NCBI GenBank assembly: GCA_965112155.1
Contig: OZ218100.1
DNA length: 64,000 nucleotides
From: Podarcis liolepis
Lineage: Eukaryota
Strand: one strand, 5' to 3'
Below are positions 29,408 to 41,339 of the stretch, piece by piece (positions within the stretch are counted from its first letter, which is position 1; every line of letters begins with the position of its first letter). Position numbers and translations under genes: made by a program. The notes under the pieces were generated by a model. The model saw only the letters and a program-made list of their open reading frames with translations, made no database searches and was not told the DNA's origin.

Positions 29408-29971
29408 CCCTATTTGCACCATACATTTACAGCTCTATTATACCACTTTAAGTAGTCATACCTTTCCTCAAATAATCCTAGAAGTTGTAGTTTGTTAAGT
29501 GTTCGGAGAGGCAACCCCCATGTTCCTTAAAAAGGTAAAGGTAAAGGGACCCCTGACCATTCGGTCCAGTCGCAAACGACTCTGGGGTTGCGGTGCTCAT
29601 CTCGCTCTGTAGGCCGAGGGAGCCGGTGTTTGTCCGCAGACAGCTTCCAGGTCATGTGGCCAGCATGACTAAGCTGCTTCTGGCGAACCAGAGCAGAGCA
29701 TGGAAACACCGTTTACCTTCCCGCCGGAGTGGTACCTATTTATCCACTTGTACTTTGACGTGCTTTTACAGAGCTACAATTCCCAGAGTGCTTAAACAAT
29801 CCAATCATCTTCCCTGGGAACTCTGGGAACTGTAGCTCTGTGAGGGAAATAGGATGTCCCAACAACACTCTGAACACTTAAACTGCAGTTCCCAGGATTC
29901 TTTGGGGGAAGCTATGACTGTTTAAGGGGGTATGATACTACTGTACTTTTAAATGTGCTGTACAGATGGGG
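29408..29971. mobile_element. Palindromic MITE carrying ACTACAnTTCCCAG motifs, interrupted by a Sauria SINE
   Basis: Long imperfect terminal inverted arms (ccctatttgcacc...taccactttaa...gttgtagttt vs aaactgcagttcccagg...tacagatgggg). Confidence 0.7.
29529..29765 (+). mobile_element. Sauria SINE, 3'-truncated
   Basis: Same head and body as the 15671 copy; ends at gacgtgcttt. Confidence 0.9.
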
Positions 29972-31331
29972 AATAAATAAGGATACATCAAGATAGGAGT
30001 TTTAATTTCTGTTATTAACTTTCTGCACAAATAGTTCATCAAGAGTAAGACAATATTTTCAGACCCTGAGAGGCAGATATTTGTTTAGACAGCTCTTTAC
30101 TACAACTAGGTTCATAGAGAAAATGCGCACAAGTTGCTCAGGTTTCTTTTTTTACAAAGTTTTGATAAAGAGGCTCTCTATGTTCATGGTATGTGCCGTC
30201 AAGCTCTACAGAAGAAAAAGCCAGTGTCAACTCTACCTTAGAAACTTGGCTGCTGTCAAGCAACACAACAAAATTCCTAAAGTAACAGGCAGAAAACGCT
30301 AAATGGCAGCATCAGATACCATGAGAAGTACAAGAGGTAAGTGAAAGGAAAGCACAAGGTATAGGCATCCTGAAGCCCCACAAATCTAACTAGAAAGATG
30401 TCCATAGATGAGTAGTACAGCAAGGGACAAGACAATTTGAAGATCCTTTGCTTTGCTAGACAAAATAAGCTGCAGTTTATATTAAATTTTATTTCTAAAA
30501 ATGTTTGTAGTCAAGACAGATAATGAAGAATGCTTGGTTAAAAATTCAATGCAACACTCATCCTTTGGGAGGTAGAAACAGGAAAGAGTTAAAAGAAAAT
30601 AAAAAGAGAAAGCAAATTAGCCAGGCGCTTTATGAGCCTGAAACAGAGAGATGGACTAAGGACATGTTTAATTAAATATAGCATGAACTCTATTAAGGAA
30701 CAGATTATAACTATAATTAAATGAAGTCATGCTGGTTTTTCAAAACAGAAAATCAGAAAGCATGTTCTAAGAACAACAGATGAAAAACAGGTACAGGATG
30801 CAAAACTCAAGAAGTCCTTCATCCTTATTCAGCTTCAGATCCTTTATTTGCATTGTATGTCAAATATCTGAAACTGAATAAGCAAAAATTCAAATATATT
30901 TTGATTACTGAAGTTTAGCTGTTTGGTTATAAAAAAATTATCCTATGTGAACTGCCCTGAGATTAATAATAATAATAATTTATTCAGATGCTTTCAGAAT
31001 ACGCAGACATAAAGCTTACTTAAGTACATACACAAAGTTACATGGTTTTTCATAAGCCTTACAAGTTGAAGGAACCCCCTCTCCCCCACCCCTTTAAACA
31101 CACAATAGGGCATTCTCTAAATAACAGTGCATTAAGTACATTCTACAATTTATGGAGACATATATTACACTTGAGTCCCCGTTTTGTGTATAAAATCAAC
31201 AAAGCAAAATTCATGCTATAAGCCTGTCAGAGATGTATCCTATCAGTCTTTGATAAAGAACTGCACTCAAATAATTGTGTAACAAGTATGTCTAGATGAA
31301 CCAATACCCCAATTTCTTTTTCTGAACTGCA

Positions 31332-31333
<2 letters not shown>

Positions 31334-31385
<52 letters not shown>

Positions 31386-31430
31386 TTTATTTATACCCCG
31401 CCCTCCCCAGCCAAGGCCGGGCTCAGGGCT
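31334..31430 (-). repeat. (AAT)n microsatellite tail with a short L2-type 3' end
   Basis: About 17 AAT units followed by atttatttataccccgccctcccc. Confidence 0.75.
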
Positions 31431-31525
31431 TTATTGTCATGAACAATAAAGGTTGTTCAGGCAGTGATTTGATTACCAAGGCAAACCACATTGAAGTTTT
31501 ATTACAATCAAGTGATATATGAATC

Positions 31526-31562
<37 letters not shown>

Positions 31563-31563
<1 letters not shown>

Positions 31564-31908
31564 AAGGTAAAGGGACCCTGACTGTTAGGTCCAGTGACAG
31601 ATGACTCTAGGGTTGCGGCGCTCATTTTGCTCTATAGGCCGAGTAGCCGGCATTTGTCAACAGACCGCTTCTGGGTCATGTGGTCAGCATGACTAAGCCG
31701 CTTCTGGCGAACCAGAGCAGTGCTCGGAAACACCGTTTACCTTTCTGCTGGAGTGGTACCTATTTATCTACTTGCACTTGACATGCTTTTGAACTGCTAG
31801 GTTGGCAGGAGCTGGCAACGAGCAACGGGAGCTCACCCCATCGCAGGGATTCAAACCGCCGACCTTCTGATCAGCAAGCCCAAGGCTCTGTGGTTTAGAC
31901 CACAGCAC
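31563..31908 (+). mobile_element. Sauria SINE flanked by (AGTT)n on both sides
   Basis: Full-length body; ctagttagttag on the left (31525-31562) and right (31909-31934). Confidence 0.92.
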
Positions 31909-32929
31909 CTAGTTAGTTAGTTAGTCAGTTAGTTGAATGAATGAATGATTTTTAGAAGATACAAAAAGGACAAGGGGGAGAGAGACCAGTTGTATCCATC
32001 AGCAGAAAGGTTCCTCAAGCTTATGGAATAAATTTTGGGGGCACACACAGCAGGTTGCCAGGAAGTGGAATAGGCAAAAACTGCTTCTCTCCCCATTACA
32101 CTGTACAAAAGAGCCATCCATAAGCACAAATAATGTCATTGGATACAACCCATTGTAACTGCAATATAGTGCCAGTAGAGCTGTACCCTCAAGTCGGCAT
32201 AATGAAGGAATTGCCAATTTTTGGAGGCCTATGGACATATCTGAAAACTGGAAAAAACTGTTGTATACACTACTGTCTATATTACTGGTTACAATACAAT
32301 GTTTCCTCCAAGTCTTATTTCACCTGGGACACATGCACAGTGGGCATCTGGGAAAGCCTCTGTGAGTGCATGTGTTCCTGTGGCTACCAAATTCCTGGCA
32401 TAATGGAAAGCAGTGGATCTAGCTCAAAGCCAGTGGATCATCTTTTACCATTTATACAGTGTTTTTATTTAAATAAATAAAACCAAAAATACAGCCACTG
32501 CCCAAAAGGTTACAAACCAGTAAGATGAAAACATAAAACAGGATATGGCAAGAAATAGGAAAGATTTTGGTTGCTTTCTGCCCTGCCCCCACCCCACATG
32601 CAGTGTTGATTTATTTCATTTGCACAGAGGTACAAAGAAAGTAGGAGAAAGAAGAAGAGCTTCTGTTGTATCTTTCCTTCACCAAACCACAGTACAAGTG
32701 AGAGATATTCTTCTCACCTAAGGGATGGGGCACTCCTGATAAAATGATTTTTGTATTCTTAATCCAAAATGTAAAAACTAGAACACAAAGACGAACTAGA
32801 TACAATTTATTTAAAAACAAATTAAGGAAGGCAAAAAAATAGAGAAATATGGATCAGAAATGCCTTTTTAAAAAAAAGGAAATTAGAGGTTTCAGATATC
32901 AGAACTCATCAATGCTTCAAGATAGTTTT

Positions 32930-33760
32930 TTTTTGGGGGGGGCATTTCCTGTACTCCTTAAGGAGACAGTAGTGGAACCACTGTTTGAGAAGCCTAGTCT
33001 AGATTCCTTGGCTTTGGGGAATCCATTCAGTTCCAAATCTACAATATCTGAATAAGGACACCAATTATTAGTTCTATTCCAGGCCAAACTGAGACAAAAT
33101 CTGCCTTGAATGACTTAAACCCACAGAGGATGATGGAGAGCCAAATGGGACTTAAAGGCACAATCTTTGTCGGGAGGACAGACCCAGAAGGTGGTACTAG
33201 GGGACTTTCTTTGCTTTATTCTTTGGCCACTGAAATTTCTAGTGCCTCAAGTTCTGTCTTCTCCCTCATGCTTATCAACATTTATATGCAATACATAGGC
33301 TTGGGCTGATAGGCTATCAGGGGAAGCAGAACTACCACTCTTCCCCACCGCCTAATATGACAGTTTCAACCCTAAACAAGTGTCTTGGGTTGATAGTAGG
33401 CTGCATCAGAGCTAACAAGATGAAGCTTCATCCACATAGAAGGTTATGGTTTAGGAAACATGCTAATTTTGATGGAGGCTGAGATCTGACTTTGGCCTCA
33501 GTACTATCTATTGAGGCACTGGTGGTGCTGGTTGCTAGGAGTGCTTTTTTTAGCAGGTTAGGCTGGTTCAGCAACTGTGGCCCTACCTAGAGGAAGCTGA
33601 CTTTGTGGCCTAGTTGACATAGCCACATTGATACATGCCTTGACCGCATACATGTTGGATTACTATAATGCACTGTATGTTGTTCCCCCCCTTGATGACT
33701 GTTCAGAAATGACAACTGGTACAGAATGCAGCAGCTAGAACACTTGTGAAAGCTGAGTGT
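32930..33760 (+). mobile_element. Old L2-clade LINE fragments
   Basis: Remnant LKETVVEPLFEKPSLD (L2 RT, LKxAxVxPLLKKPSLD) and ggattactataatgcac / caactggtacagaatgcagcagc. Confidence 0.6.
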
Positions 33761-33772
33761 GCAGATTGTATA

Positions 33773-34238
33773 ACAACAAAAACAACAATTTATTTGTACC
33801 CTGCCCATCTGACTGTGTTGGCCCAGCCACTCCAGCATATATAAAAACATAGTAAAACATTAAACCTTAAAAAGTTTCCCTATACAGGGCTGCCTTCAGA
33901 TGTCTCCTAAATATATATATACAGTGGTACCTCGGTTAATGAACTTAATCCGTTCTGGAAGCCCGTTCTTAAACCGAAACCGTTCTTAAACCGAGGTGCA
34001 CTTTCCCTAATGAGGCCTCCTGCCGCCAGTGCCCTTCCACCGTTCGAATTCTGTTCTTAGACCGAGGTAAAGTTCACAAACCAGGACACTACGTCCGGTT
34101 TTGTGGAGTTCGTAAACCGAATAATTCGTAAACAGGACTGTTCTTAAACTGAGGTACCACTGTAATTACTCATCTGCTTGACATCTGATGGGATGGTATT
34201 CCACAGAGTGGGCGCCACTACCGAGAAGACCCTCTGCC
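33773..34238 (-). mobile_element. L2-clade LINE 3' end interrupted by a mariner-type MITE
   Basis: Antisense of the 41843-42272 family (QRVFSVVAPTLWN); split by the element at 33922-34162. Confidence 0.8.
33922..34162. mobile_element. Tc1/mariner (Tigger-like) MITE
   Basis: TIRs CAGTGGTACCTCGGTT / AACTGAGGTACCACTG with TA on both sides. Confidence 0.9.
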
Positions 34239-34883
34239 ATGTAAACACAGCAGCAACCATCCAAATTATAGTGGGATTTGAATGATCAAGTTCTACTAAA
34301 AGTCTAGGTGAATAAGATACATTTTTACATGGCAGGCTGAACAACCCTGAGAACACCTGTGCCTTGAAGGGGTGAGAATTCCACTGCCAGGTGAGAGACA
34401 AGGAAGGCTGACTTTCATAAACCACACTATGAACTCTGCTTGCTGGTGAGACTAAAAGACTCCCTCCACCCATCTCTATCTAAGGGCTTGCCCTGCCACA
34501 CTTATGCAAAGTCTAAACACCTCACTTCAGTTCCACGCACGTGGACAGCCACGTGCAACCCCCACGTGGACCGCCATAGTACAACCCACATGCCTTTTCC
34601 TACTTGCAGAATTAGCAATCCTAATACGTACCCATAAAAGGCGGATACAAGTACGTTATTGTTGTTGTTATTACTGTATTTGAAGTGCAGCCAATCCATA
34701 TTCTAGTTACTGAAGAGCTCGGAAAACTATTCGCATATGTTGCAATCTATTACTAACCCCACCCCCGTCTCCCTTCCATGGGCAAGTATCTCTACCACCC
34801 CCCGATACATTCCTTTTGGTCACTCAGCCCCCCTCTATTTCTCCTCGCTCGGCCCGATACTTCTCTCTCAAAACATGACTCAC

Positions 34884-34982
34884 GCAGATAGAAATACGCA
34901 GCACGCCACGCTGGTAATCCTTGTACAGCTCAGGAGCCTTCCTACTGCACTCTATGCACCTATAAACTCCGGGTTCTTCCAT
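34884..34982 (-). CDS. ARV1: ARV1 coding exon 1
   Basis: gagATGg start at 34982; [33 protein letters not shown]|gtgagt. Confidence 0.93.
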
Positions 34983-35272
34983 CTCCCTCGGTAGCCCTGA
35001 GTCGCAAAATCCCGTTGCCACAGAAACGGCCGTCCCCTCTCCTCGGCCTCGTTCACTTCCGGGTTCCGCGAGCAGAAGCGGGGAAACAGGAGCAGCCGCA
35101 GAGCATCTTGGTCTTCGTAGTTCACGAGCCTCTCGAAGCTCCGCGGAGACCCGGCCGGCTACAAACTACAATTCCCAGAAAGCAACCCGGTCCACCCGTT
35201 CCTCGCCGCATCCCGGCGCAAAAGAGGGAAACGCAAAAAAGTTAAGTTACTGTGCGCAGGCGCGCTGGGAAG
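34983..35272. promoter_or_regulatory. ARV1/TTC13 bidirectional promoter (in a CpG island spanning about 34850-36200)
   Basis: The divergent ATGs are 290 bp apart. Motifs: RFX X-box-like GTTGCCACAGAAAC 35014-35027; ETS/GABPA CACTTCCGG 35054-35062; ZNF143 ACTACAATTCCCAGAAAGC 35165-35183; NRF1-like TGCGCAGGCGCG 35253-35264; YY1-like AAGATGGC over the TTC13 ATG. Confidence 0.9.
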
Positions 35273-35522
35273 ATGGCACCTGCCGCTGCGTTCGGGGGCC
35301 GTTGGCCAAGTGTCAGTGCGCCGTCGGGGCTGCTCTCGACGCTGCTGTGGCTGCTGGCGGCGACTCGGCTGGCGCTCGCCCTGACGGAGCAGTACCCGTC
35401 GTTATCGCTTCTTAGGCAGGAACCGCGCCGTCAGCAGGGCCAAGGGAGCAGAGGCTGCCCGGAGTTCCTGGCGGCTGAGTGGGGAGGGGAACAGTACGCG
35501 GCGGCCGCAGCCGGCGACTGTG
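35273..35522 (+). CDS. TTC13: TTC13 exon 1 (signal peptide)
   Basis: aagATGg; MAPAAAFGGRW...LLSTLLWLLAATRLALA-LTEQY...GDC+G|gtgagt. Confidence 0.92.
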
Positions 35523-36192
35523 GTGAGTGACGGGAGGGAGGGAGGGAGGAAAGAGCCAGCGGCGGTTGCTCGGCTTTCTGGCGGGGAGGGGGAGCCACGC
35601 CGCTGCCCTCCTCCCTCTTCGGGTCCTTCCTGAGACGGTGGGATCCTGAGGCGGCTGAGTGGGCTGTACCATTTCAGGGCACAGGTGGAGGGGGGAGATA
35701 AGAAGCTCTCTCAGCCCAACAGGCAGAGGGGTCTCTGCTAGACCCTTCCATGCTTTGCTTTGGCTCTTATCTACCTAGAGGACCACCCCACCTCCCAGCA
35801 ATTTCATATTCCGCGCCTGCATTTTGAAGTGGTACAGCCCGGCTCTCCGCCTCCTTATGACTTGACACTTCATTCCACTGCATGTGTGGACCGGGCCTGA
35901 GGGGGAAGAAGGGCAGGGCGCGCCCTTCGCTTCTCTTTCCGAAGTGTGCTCCGCTCCGCTTGCTTAAGGGAGAGGCGGCAAGTCTCGGCTGGCTAGAAAG
36001 CGGCTGTGTTGAGTGATGAGCTGCTGCTGCTCCTGCTGCTGCCGCCGCCTCCTCTCTCAAGGGGCCAAGCCGGCTCGTGCAAATTCACCTGTCAAGTTCT
36101 TTTGAGTAGCGGCGGAGAAGCGGAAAGCTCTTCCTGACTCTTCTCTTCGCTTGCCGCGCTCTGCAGAGTGTCATAAACCGAAGCCCTGAGGC

Positions 36193-36366
36193 GCTTTCAA
36201 TGAAGCGAAATCCAACTCCGTAGGTGCACTTTAATTTGCCCTTGCCTTCCCCTTCTGATGTTTCATTGCGGGGACCTAGTATACAGTTAAACAGCAGCAG
36301 CAGAAGGGGAAGGCAAGGGCAAATTAAAGTGCACCTACGTACTTGGATTTCGTTCCATTCAAGAGC
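36193..36366. repeat. Long inverted repeat with a 39-bp perfect core
   Basis: 36219-36257 is the exact reverse complement of 36301-36339; imperfect outer arms. Confidence 0.9.
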
Positions 36367-36764
36367 AAGGAACTAAAGTTTCCTTGCACATTTTACCTCA
36401 TCTAGGTGCACACCTAAACATGTAGAGTGAATGCAGCGTGAGTGTTCTTTATTTACTGCATTTCCCCGTGTATAACACGCCCCCGTGTATAACACGCCCC
36501 CTATTTTTTGAGACTCCAAATAAAGAAATCCCCCATATGCAATATCCTTGTTAAACTTGAAAAAATAGTCTTATACACAAAAAAGGTACGTTTAGCCTTT
36601 GTATGGCATCCCATAACACAAGGTGCAATATTTGAACGATTAGCCTAGAAATGTTCTTTCCGTGTGAACAGTTGTATAATTAGCACTGCCTTCCTTAGTG
36701 TCCAAATTCTGTAGCCGTTTTAAGCTGAGCATACCAATTAACAGTGAAAATGTTTCCATTTTAG

Positions 36765-36859
36765 ATTCTTCTTTTTTGCACTTTCATGACTCAGACTGTG
36801 AACTACAAAGGTCTCCCTCTTGTGAATCCCTGCTTTCCCTCAATACTGAAAAACTTTTG
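36765..36859 (+). CDS. TTC13: TTC13 exon 2
   Basis: tag|(D)SSFLHFHDSDCELQRSPSCESLLSLNTEKLL|gtatgt, 95 nt. Confidence 0.93.
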
Positions 36860-37343
36860 GTATGTTTATTTGTTCACTGTGTATAGCAAGGAGACTGCTG
36901 ATGAATTTTTGCTGAAGTGACATATCTATTATAATGATCATAATACTTAAGAAATGTATTTATCAATCCAAAGGAAAGGAAATCAAATTTATTAGATTAC
37001 ATACACTGTTTGAAGACTGTAGAGGTTAAGATGCTAACAGTATTTGAACTATGAATATCACTGAAACTATAAATATTTTAACTTGTTTTAAAGAATATAT
37101 GTTATTTTCCAGATCCATTAGAACCAGTTGTTCTTGCTTTATCTGGTGTTAAATTTTGATGTGATAAGCACTTTGGACCCAATCTAGCTAAGCATTTTTA
37201 AGTCACATGATTTCCGTGGTAGAATTAAGCCTTTGCTTGACACTGTTGCAGGGAAGTCATTGAGACTTAATTTAACTTTGGTTTGTTCATGTCCTCAATT
37301 TTTATTTTGGTGGTATTAGTTTAATTTGGTAAATGTTTTGCAG

Positions 37344-37419
37344 AGTCAAGCAAAGTCACTTGCAGAACAAAAAAGATTTCCATTTGCCACAGATGATGAC
37401 AATACCAATGAAGAATTAG
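37344..37419 (+). CDS. TTC13: TTC13 exon 3
   Basis: cag|SQAKSLAEQKRFPFATDDDNTNEEL+G|gtaaga, 76 nt. Confidence 0.95.
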
Positions 37420-38905
37420 GTAAGAGGTTCTGTGTGTGGTTGGTGATCGGTAGTAGCTATATATAGTTGAATTATATCACTTATGAGTGCTGCAAAATGT
37501 TCTGAAAATAGTGGTACTGAGATCTAATAATCCTAATTCATTTTTAAATACTTGACCATGACTGTCCACAGAATAAAATTAAGATGAAGAGCATTAGGTT
37601 GTATTCAGTCCTGTCTGTGTGTGAGTGGACCAGACTATTACTTATGCAGTGGGAGTTCATGGTCCCCTCATCCCGCTTCACCCTGCCTTCCTGGCAGCCC
37701 TCCACATGCCTGAAAAATCTGCTCTAGAAGGTTGGTGTGCTGGAGGACAGATTTTGGAGGATGGTGAAATTCCTGTCACAGGTTTGGAAGGCTGCTTGTG
37801 TAACATTGGATTCTGCCCATTGACACTTATAAAATAATTCATTTTTGCATTCTGTCCTCTTAACCTGAATTCTCCAGTGTTATGCTCATGCTGAGTCTTT
37901 ATGTAATAATTATTGTGGGTAGATTCATACATGCAGTTGGATGTGTTAACCATTTGACTTTTATCTTATCTTTATAGTAGAGATAACCACATAGGTAAAA
38001 CACAAACACAGGCCTGCACATGTGAATCCAGCTTCACTTTTAACCTGTCACCAATCTTGCTTGTTCCAGCTGGTTATAGCATCCATCCTGGAGTTGGTCT
38101 TCTAGTCTAGTGGCATTGCACTGCCACTCTGTCATTATCCTGTGAGCATTTTTATTTACACATAACACTGGACTTCTCTGCTTCCAGTGGTACTTTAGTC
38201 AACTAGTTGTAAGTATGTCTACTTGGAAGCAAGTCCACTGACTTCAGTGGGGCTTATTCCCAGGTAAATGTTTATAGACTTGCCTTCTGGAGCAGATTTA
38301 CAGGGCTCACAGGGGATGTACAGGCAGGGAAGGTCCACTGCACAGCTAAAACTCCTTGCAGTAGTGATGCTGTTTAATGGGAAACCACATTAAAGACTTA
38401 AAGACACAGACTTTAAGATGGAGTGGCTTTCCAGGCTTTCTCAGTCCTATGTGGAGAAGCTAGGTTAATATCTTTATTGAATATTTCTATGGCTTTATCC
38501 AGATTGCCTGTTTGCACTTCAGTTACCCCCATAGATGCCAGAGGTTGAATCGGGGACCATTTAAATGGGTGGGATTGGAATGTTTTTCTTTGTTGCTTAT
38601 TGCTGCCAAGTGGAAATTTTAAATTACCCAAAAGTGTACAGTGATGCAAAGTGTGGTTTCAAGCCTTGGGCTATGCTTTACAGGAAAAAAAATCACTGAA
38701 TATTTTAAATGTTGATACTTTAATGAAACGATTTCCTTATTATTATGTTGTATTTGATAGCTTATGAAATAACTTCTATTCAAAACTCTCTTTTCAGAAA
38801 TCATACCCCTCAATTAAACTCTTTGGCAGGTATTCAGCAATTCTTATATGCATGGCAAATGTGGAATTCATAACGTAACACTAACCTGTAACACTATTTT
38901 GACAG

Positions 38906-38976
38906 CTTTCGCTTATGTATTGATTGGCAGTGGCCTTTATGATGAAGCTGTGCGGCACTTCTCCACAATGCTCCAG
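38906..38976 (+). CDS. TTC13: TTC13 exon 4
   Basis: cag|(A)FAYVLIGSGLYDEAVRHFSTMLQ|gtgatt, 71 nt. Confidence 0.95.
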
Positions 38977-39088
38977 GTGATTTTTCACTCCTATTACATT
39001 GCAGTTTTAGACTTAGATAATAGAACTCCCCAAGGTAGAATACCTGCCTTCCTAGAGAAGAGTGACAGATGGCAGAAACTGCTTAGCC

Positions 39089-39410
39089 TATGGGTAGACA
39101 AACTAAGGCCCAGGGGCTGGATCCAGCCCAATTGCCTTCTAAATGCGGCCGCAGACAGTCCGGGAATCAGTGTGCTTTTACATGAGTAGAATGTGTCCTT
39201 TTATTTAAAATGCATCTCTGGGTTATTTGTGGGGCCTGCCTGGTGTTTTTACATGACTAGGATGTGTGCTTTTATTTAAAATGCATCTCTGGGTTATTTG
39301 TGGGGCATAGGAATTCGTTCATTCCCCCCCCCAAAAAAAATAGTCTGGCCCCCCACAAGGTCTGAGAGACAGTGGACCAGCCCCCTGCTGAAAAAGTTTG
39401 CTGACCCCTG
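39089..39410. mobile_element. hAT-type MITE with an internal tandem duplication of about 70 nt
   Basis: Perfect 8-bp TSD gcttagcc; right TIR agtttgctgacccctg; duplicated ttttacatga...tgcatctctgggttatttgtgggg. Confidence 0.85.
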
Positions 39411-40449
39411 GCTTAGCCTATATACTGTAACATAATTGAAGATGGATGGATGGAATGGAAACTTGAATCTATAAAAGGGAAATGGGTCTGAGGCAGAACT
39501 CCTTGAAGGTAACAGAGTTAAAAATGTAAACAGAAGGATATAGGTTGATGTGAAGAAGGATTTGACTGTTATGGAAATGTTACATGGGGAGGCAACTTAG
39601 CTTAGCTTGACATGCAACTTCTTGGGGTCTTGATAGGAAAATTTCACAAACTATAATCAAGCAGGCATGTCTACTCCGAATCACAGCGCAGTATGATTAC
39701 ACTATTGTAAAGGTTCAGGCTGGAAGGTTTTGGTAGGTTGAATTCCTTAGTCCATAACTGCTGCAAGTCTCAAACTAGATATGATATGTGTGTCCATGTA
39801 TGATTTTGAGTGGGGGAAATGGCTGGCAGAGAAAGAGTTCAATAGTGCTACTATTCTTCTACTCAAATTCACAGCCACCTAAAGCTGATTTTAGTGGCAG
39901 TGGGAAATGTCAGCAGAACTTGGCACATCACATATAAGTTCAATTCCTTCAGACTCAAACTATATGACTTTGAAAAGCAGCTCTGCTGACCTAATCACCA
40001 GAACACTTTTCACTTCTCCTGTTGTATTATGGAAATTTTGTGTAGCTGTAATTTATGCATTCATGTACCAGAATGTATTATTTAATATATGAATATGAAA
40101 TGAGATTTGTAACTACAGTATAGCAAAGAAGAGGTCTGAAATGAGCAATGGTTTTTAAAGTAATAAAAATGCAGAGGTTAATAAGGAGTTTACAGAGACA
40201 GTGCAAAGACTAAAGGAGCACACACACTCCACTCCTATAGTAGTTTCCCCTTTTAAGCATCTTCTGTGTAAAACTGCCCACCAGGCTGCTCTTTAATTGT
40301 ATGCATAAGCCCAAAGTAACTCCTTAGAAATGCAAATGAATGTGGATGAAATGCATGAATTTTGGCTTTGGTTATGTATGATGGAATGTAGCATTCACTA
40401 TTAGGACAAGTGGAACCTTCTAAAGATTGTTTTATTTTGCTTCAAATAG

Positions 40450-40515
40450 GAGCAACCAGAGCTTGTTAGTGCAATTTATGGACGAGGGATAGCATATGGA
40501 AAGAAAGGGCTGCAT
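40450..40515 (+). CDS. TTC13: TTC13 exon 5
   Basis: tag|EQPELVSAIYGRGIAYGKKGLH|gtgagt, 66 nt. Confidence 0.95.
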
Positions 40516-40576
40516 GTGAGTATAACATTTTTAAAGCCGCACATGATAATGAATTTCATAATATATATGCATTCAC

Positions 40577-41339
40577 CAGGGCTGGCCTAAGGCATTTTGG
40601 TGCTTGAGGTGAACAAAAAAAAAAGTCACCTCACCTGGTACTCAGAGAATAGACTGCTCCTGAACCTGGGGCCTCTATTTGTTTCTTACAGTAAGCGGTT
40701 AAAATTGCAACTTTGCCTAAGACAGAAGATTTGCAATAATGAGGCGGGGGTTGGTATTGGTTGGTTCTAGACAGCCGTGTGAAGGATTCTTTTTTCCTTC
40801 AGGATTGTTGGGATCAGACACTGCTGTCACTCTCTGCACATTTTTAATGGACAACATCAGTTGTGTGACGTTTCCTTCTATTCAACTCCATGACTCCATA
40901 CTCTCCACTTCCAGGGAAGCAGTTCCCCCAGCAGTGGTCATGGCACTCTAGCCCCGGGTAGTCAACCTTTTTATACCTACTGCCCACTAATGCATCTTTA
41001 TTGATGTTAAAATTTCCTTACCACCCACCAGTGCTCGATGGAAGGAGGATTCAGCTTGTGCCGTAGAACCCCCTACTGCCCACCTAGAATCCTGTAACGC
41101 CCACTAGTGGGCGGTAGGGACCTGGCTGACAACCCCTGCTCTAGCCAATGATTTTTGCTCAAGAGGAATGTACTTATTCCAAACCCAGAAGTTATTTGTA
41201 CAGTCCCTTCACTTCCGATTGCTTTTTAGGATACATACTATTTTTGCAACTACAATAATGATAAAATATAAAGATTTTTATTTCCCTTCTACCATCTGAG
41301 GCAGTTGCCTCATGGTGCTTCATGGGCAGGCCAGCCCTG
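40577..41339. mobile_element. hAT-type element hosting a nested MITE
   Basis: TIRs CAGGGCTGGCC / GGCCAGCCCTG; weak TSD. Confidence 0.6.
40954..41138. mobile_element. Nested hAT MITE
   Basis: Perfect 8-bp TSD ctctagcc; termini ccgggtagtcaacc / ggctgacaacccctg. Confidence 0.85.

Noticed and set aside
34983-35021. N-terminal extension of ARV1 in the ORF track ([13 protein letters not shown])
   Set aside because: It starts at GTG. The first ATG (34982) has a strong Kozak context, and the extension overlaps promoter motifs.
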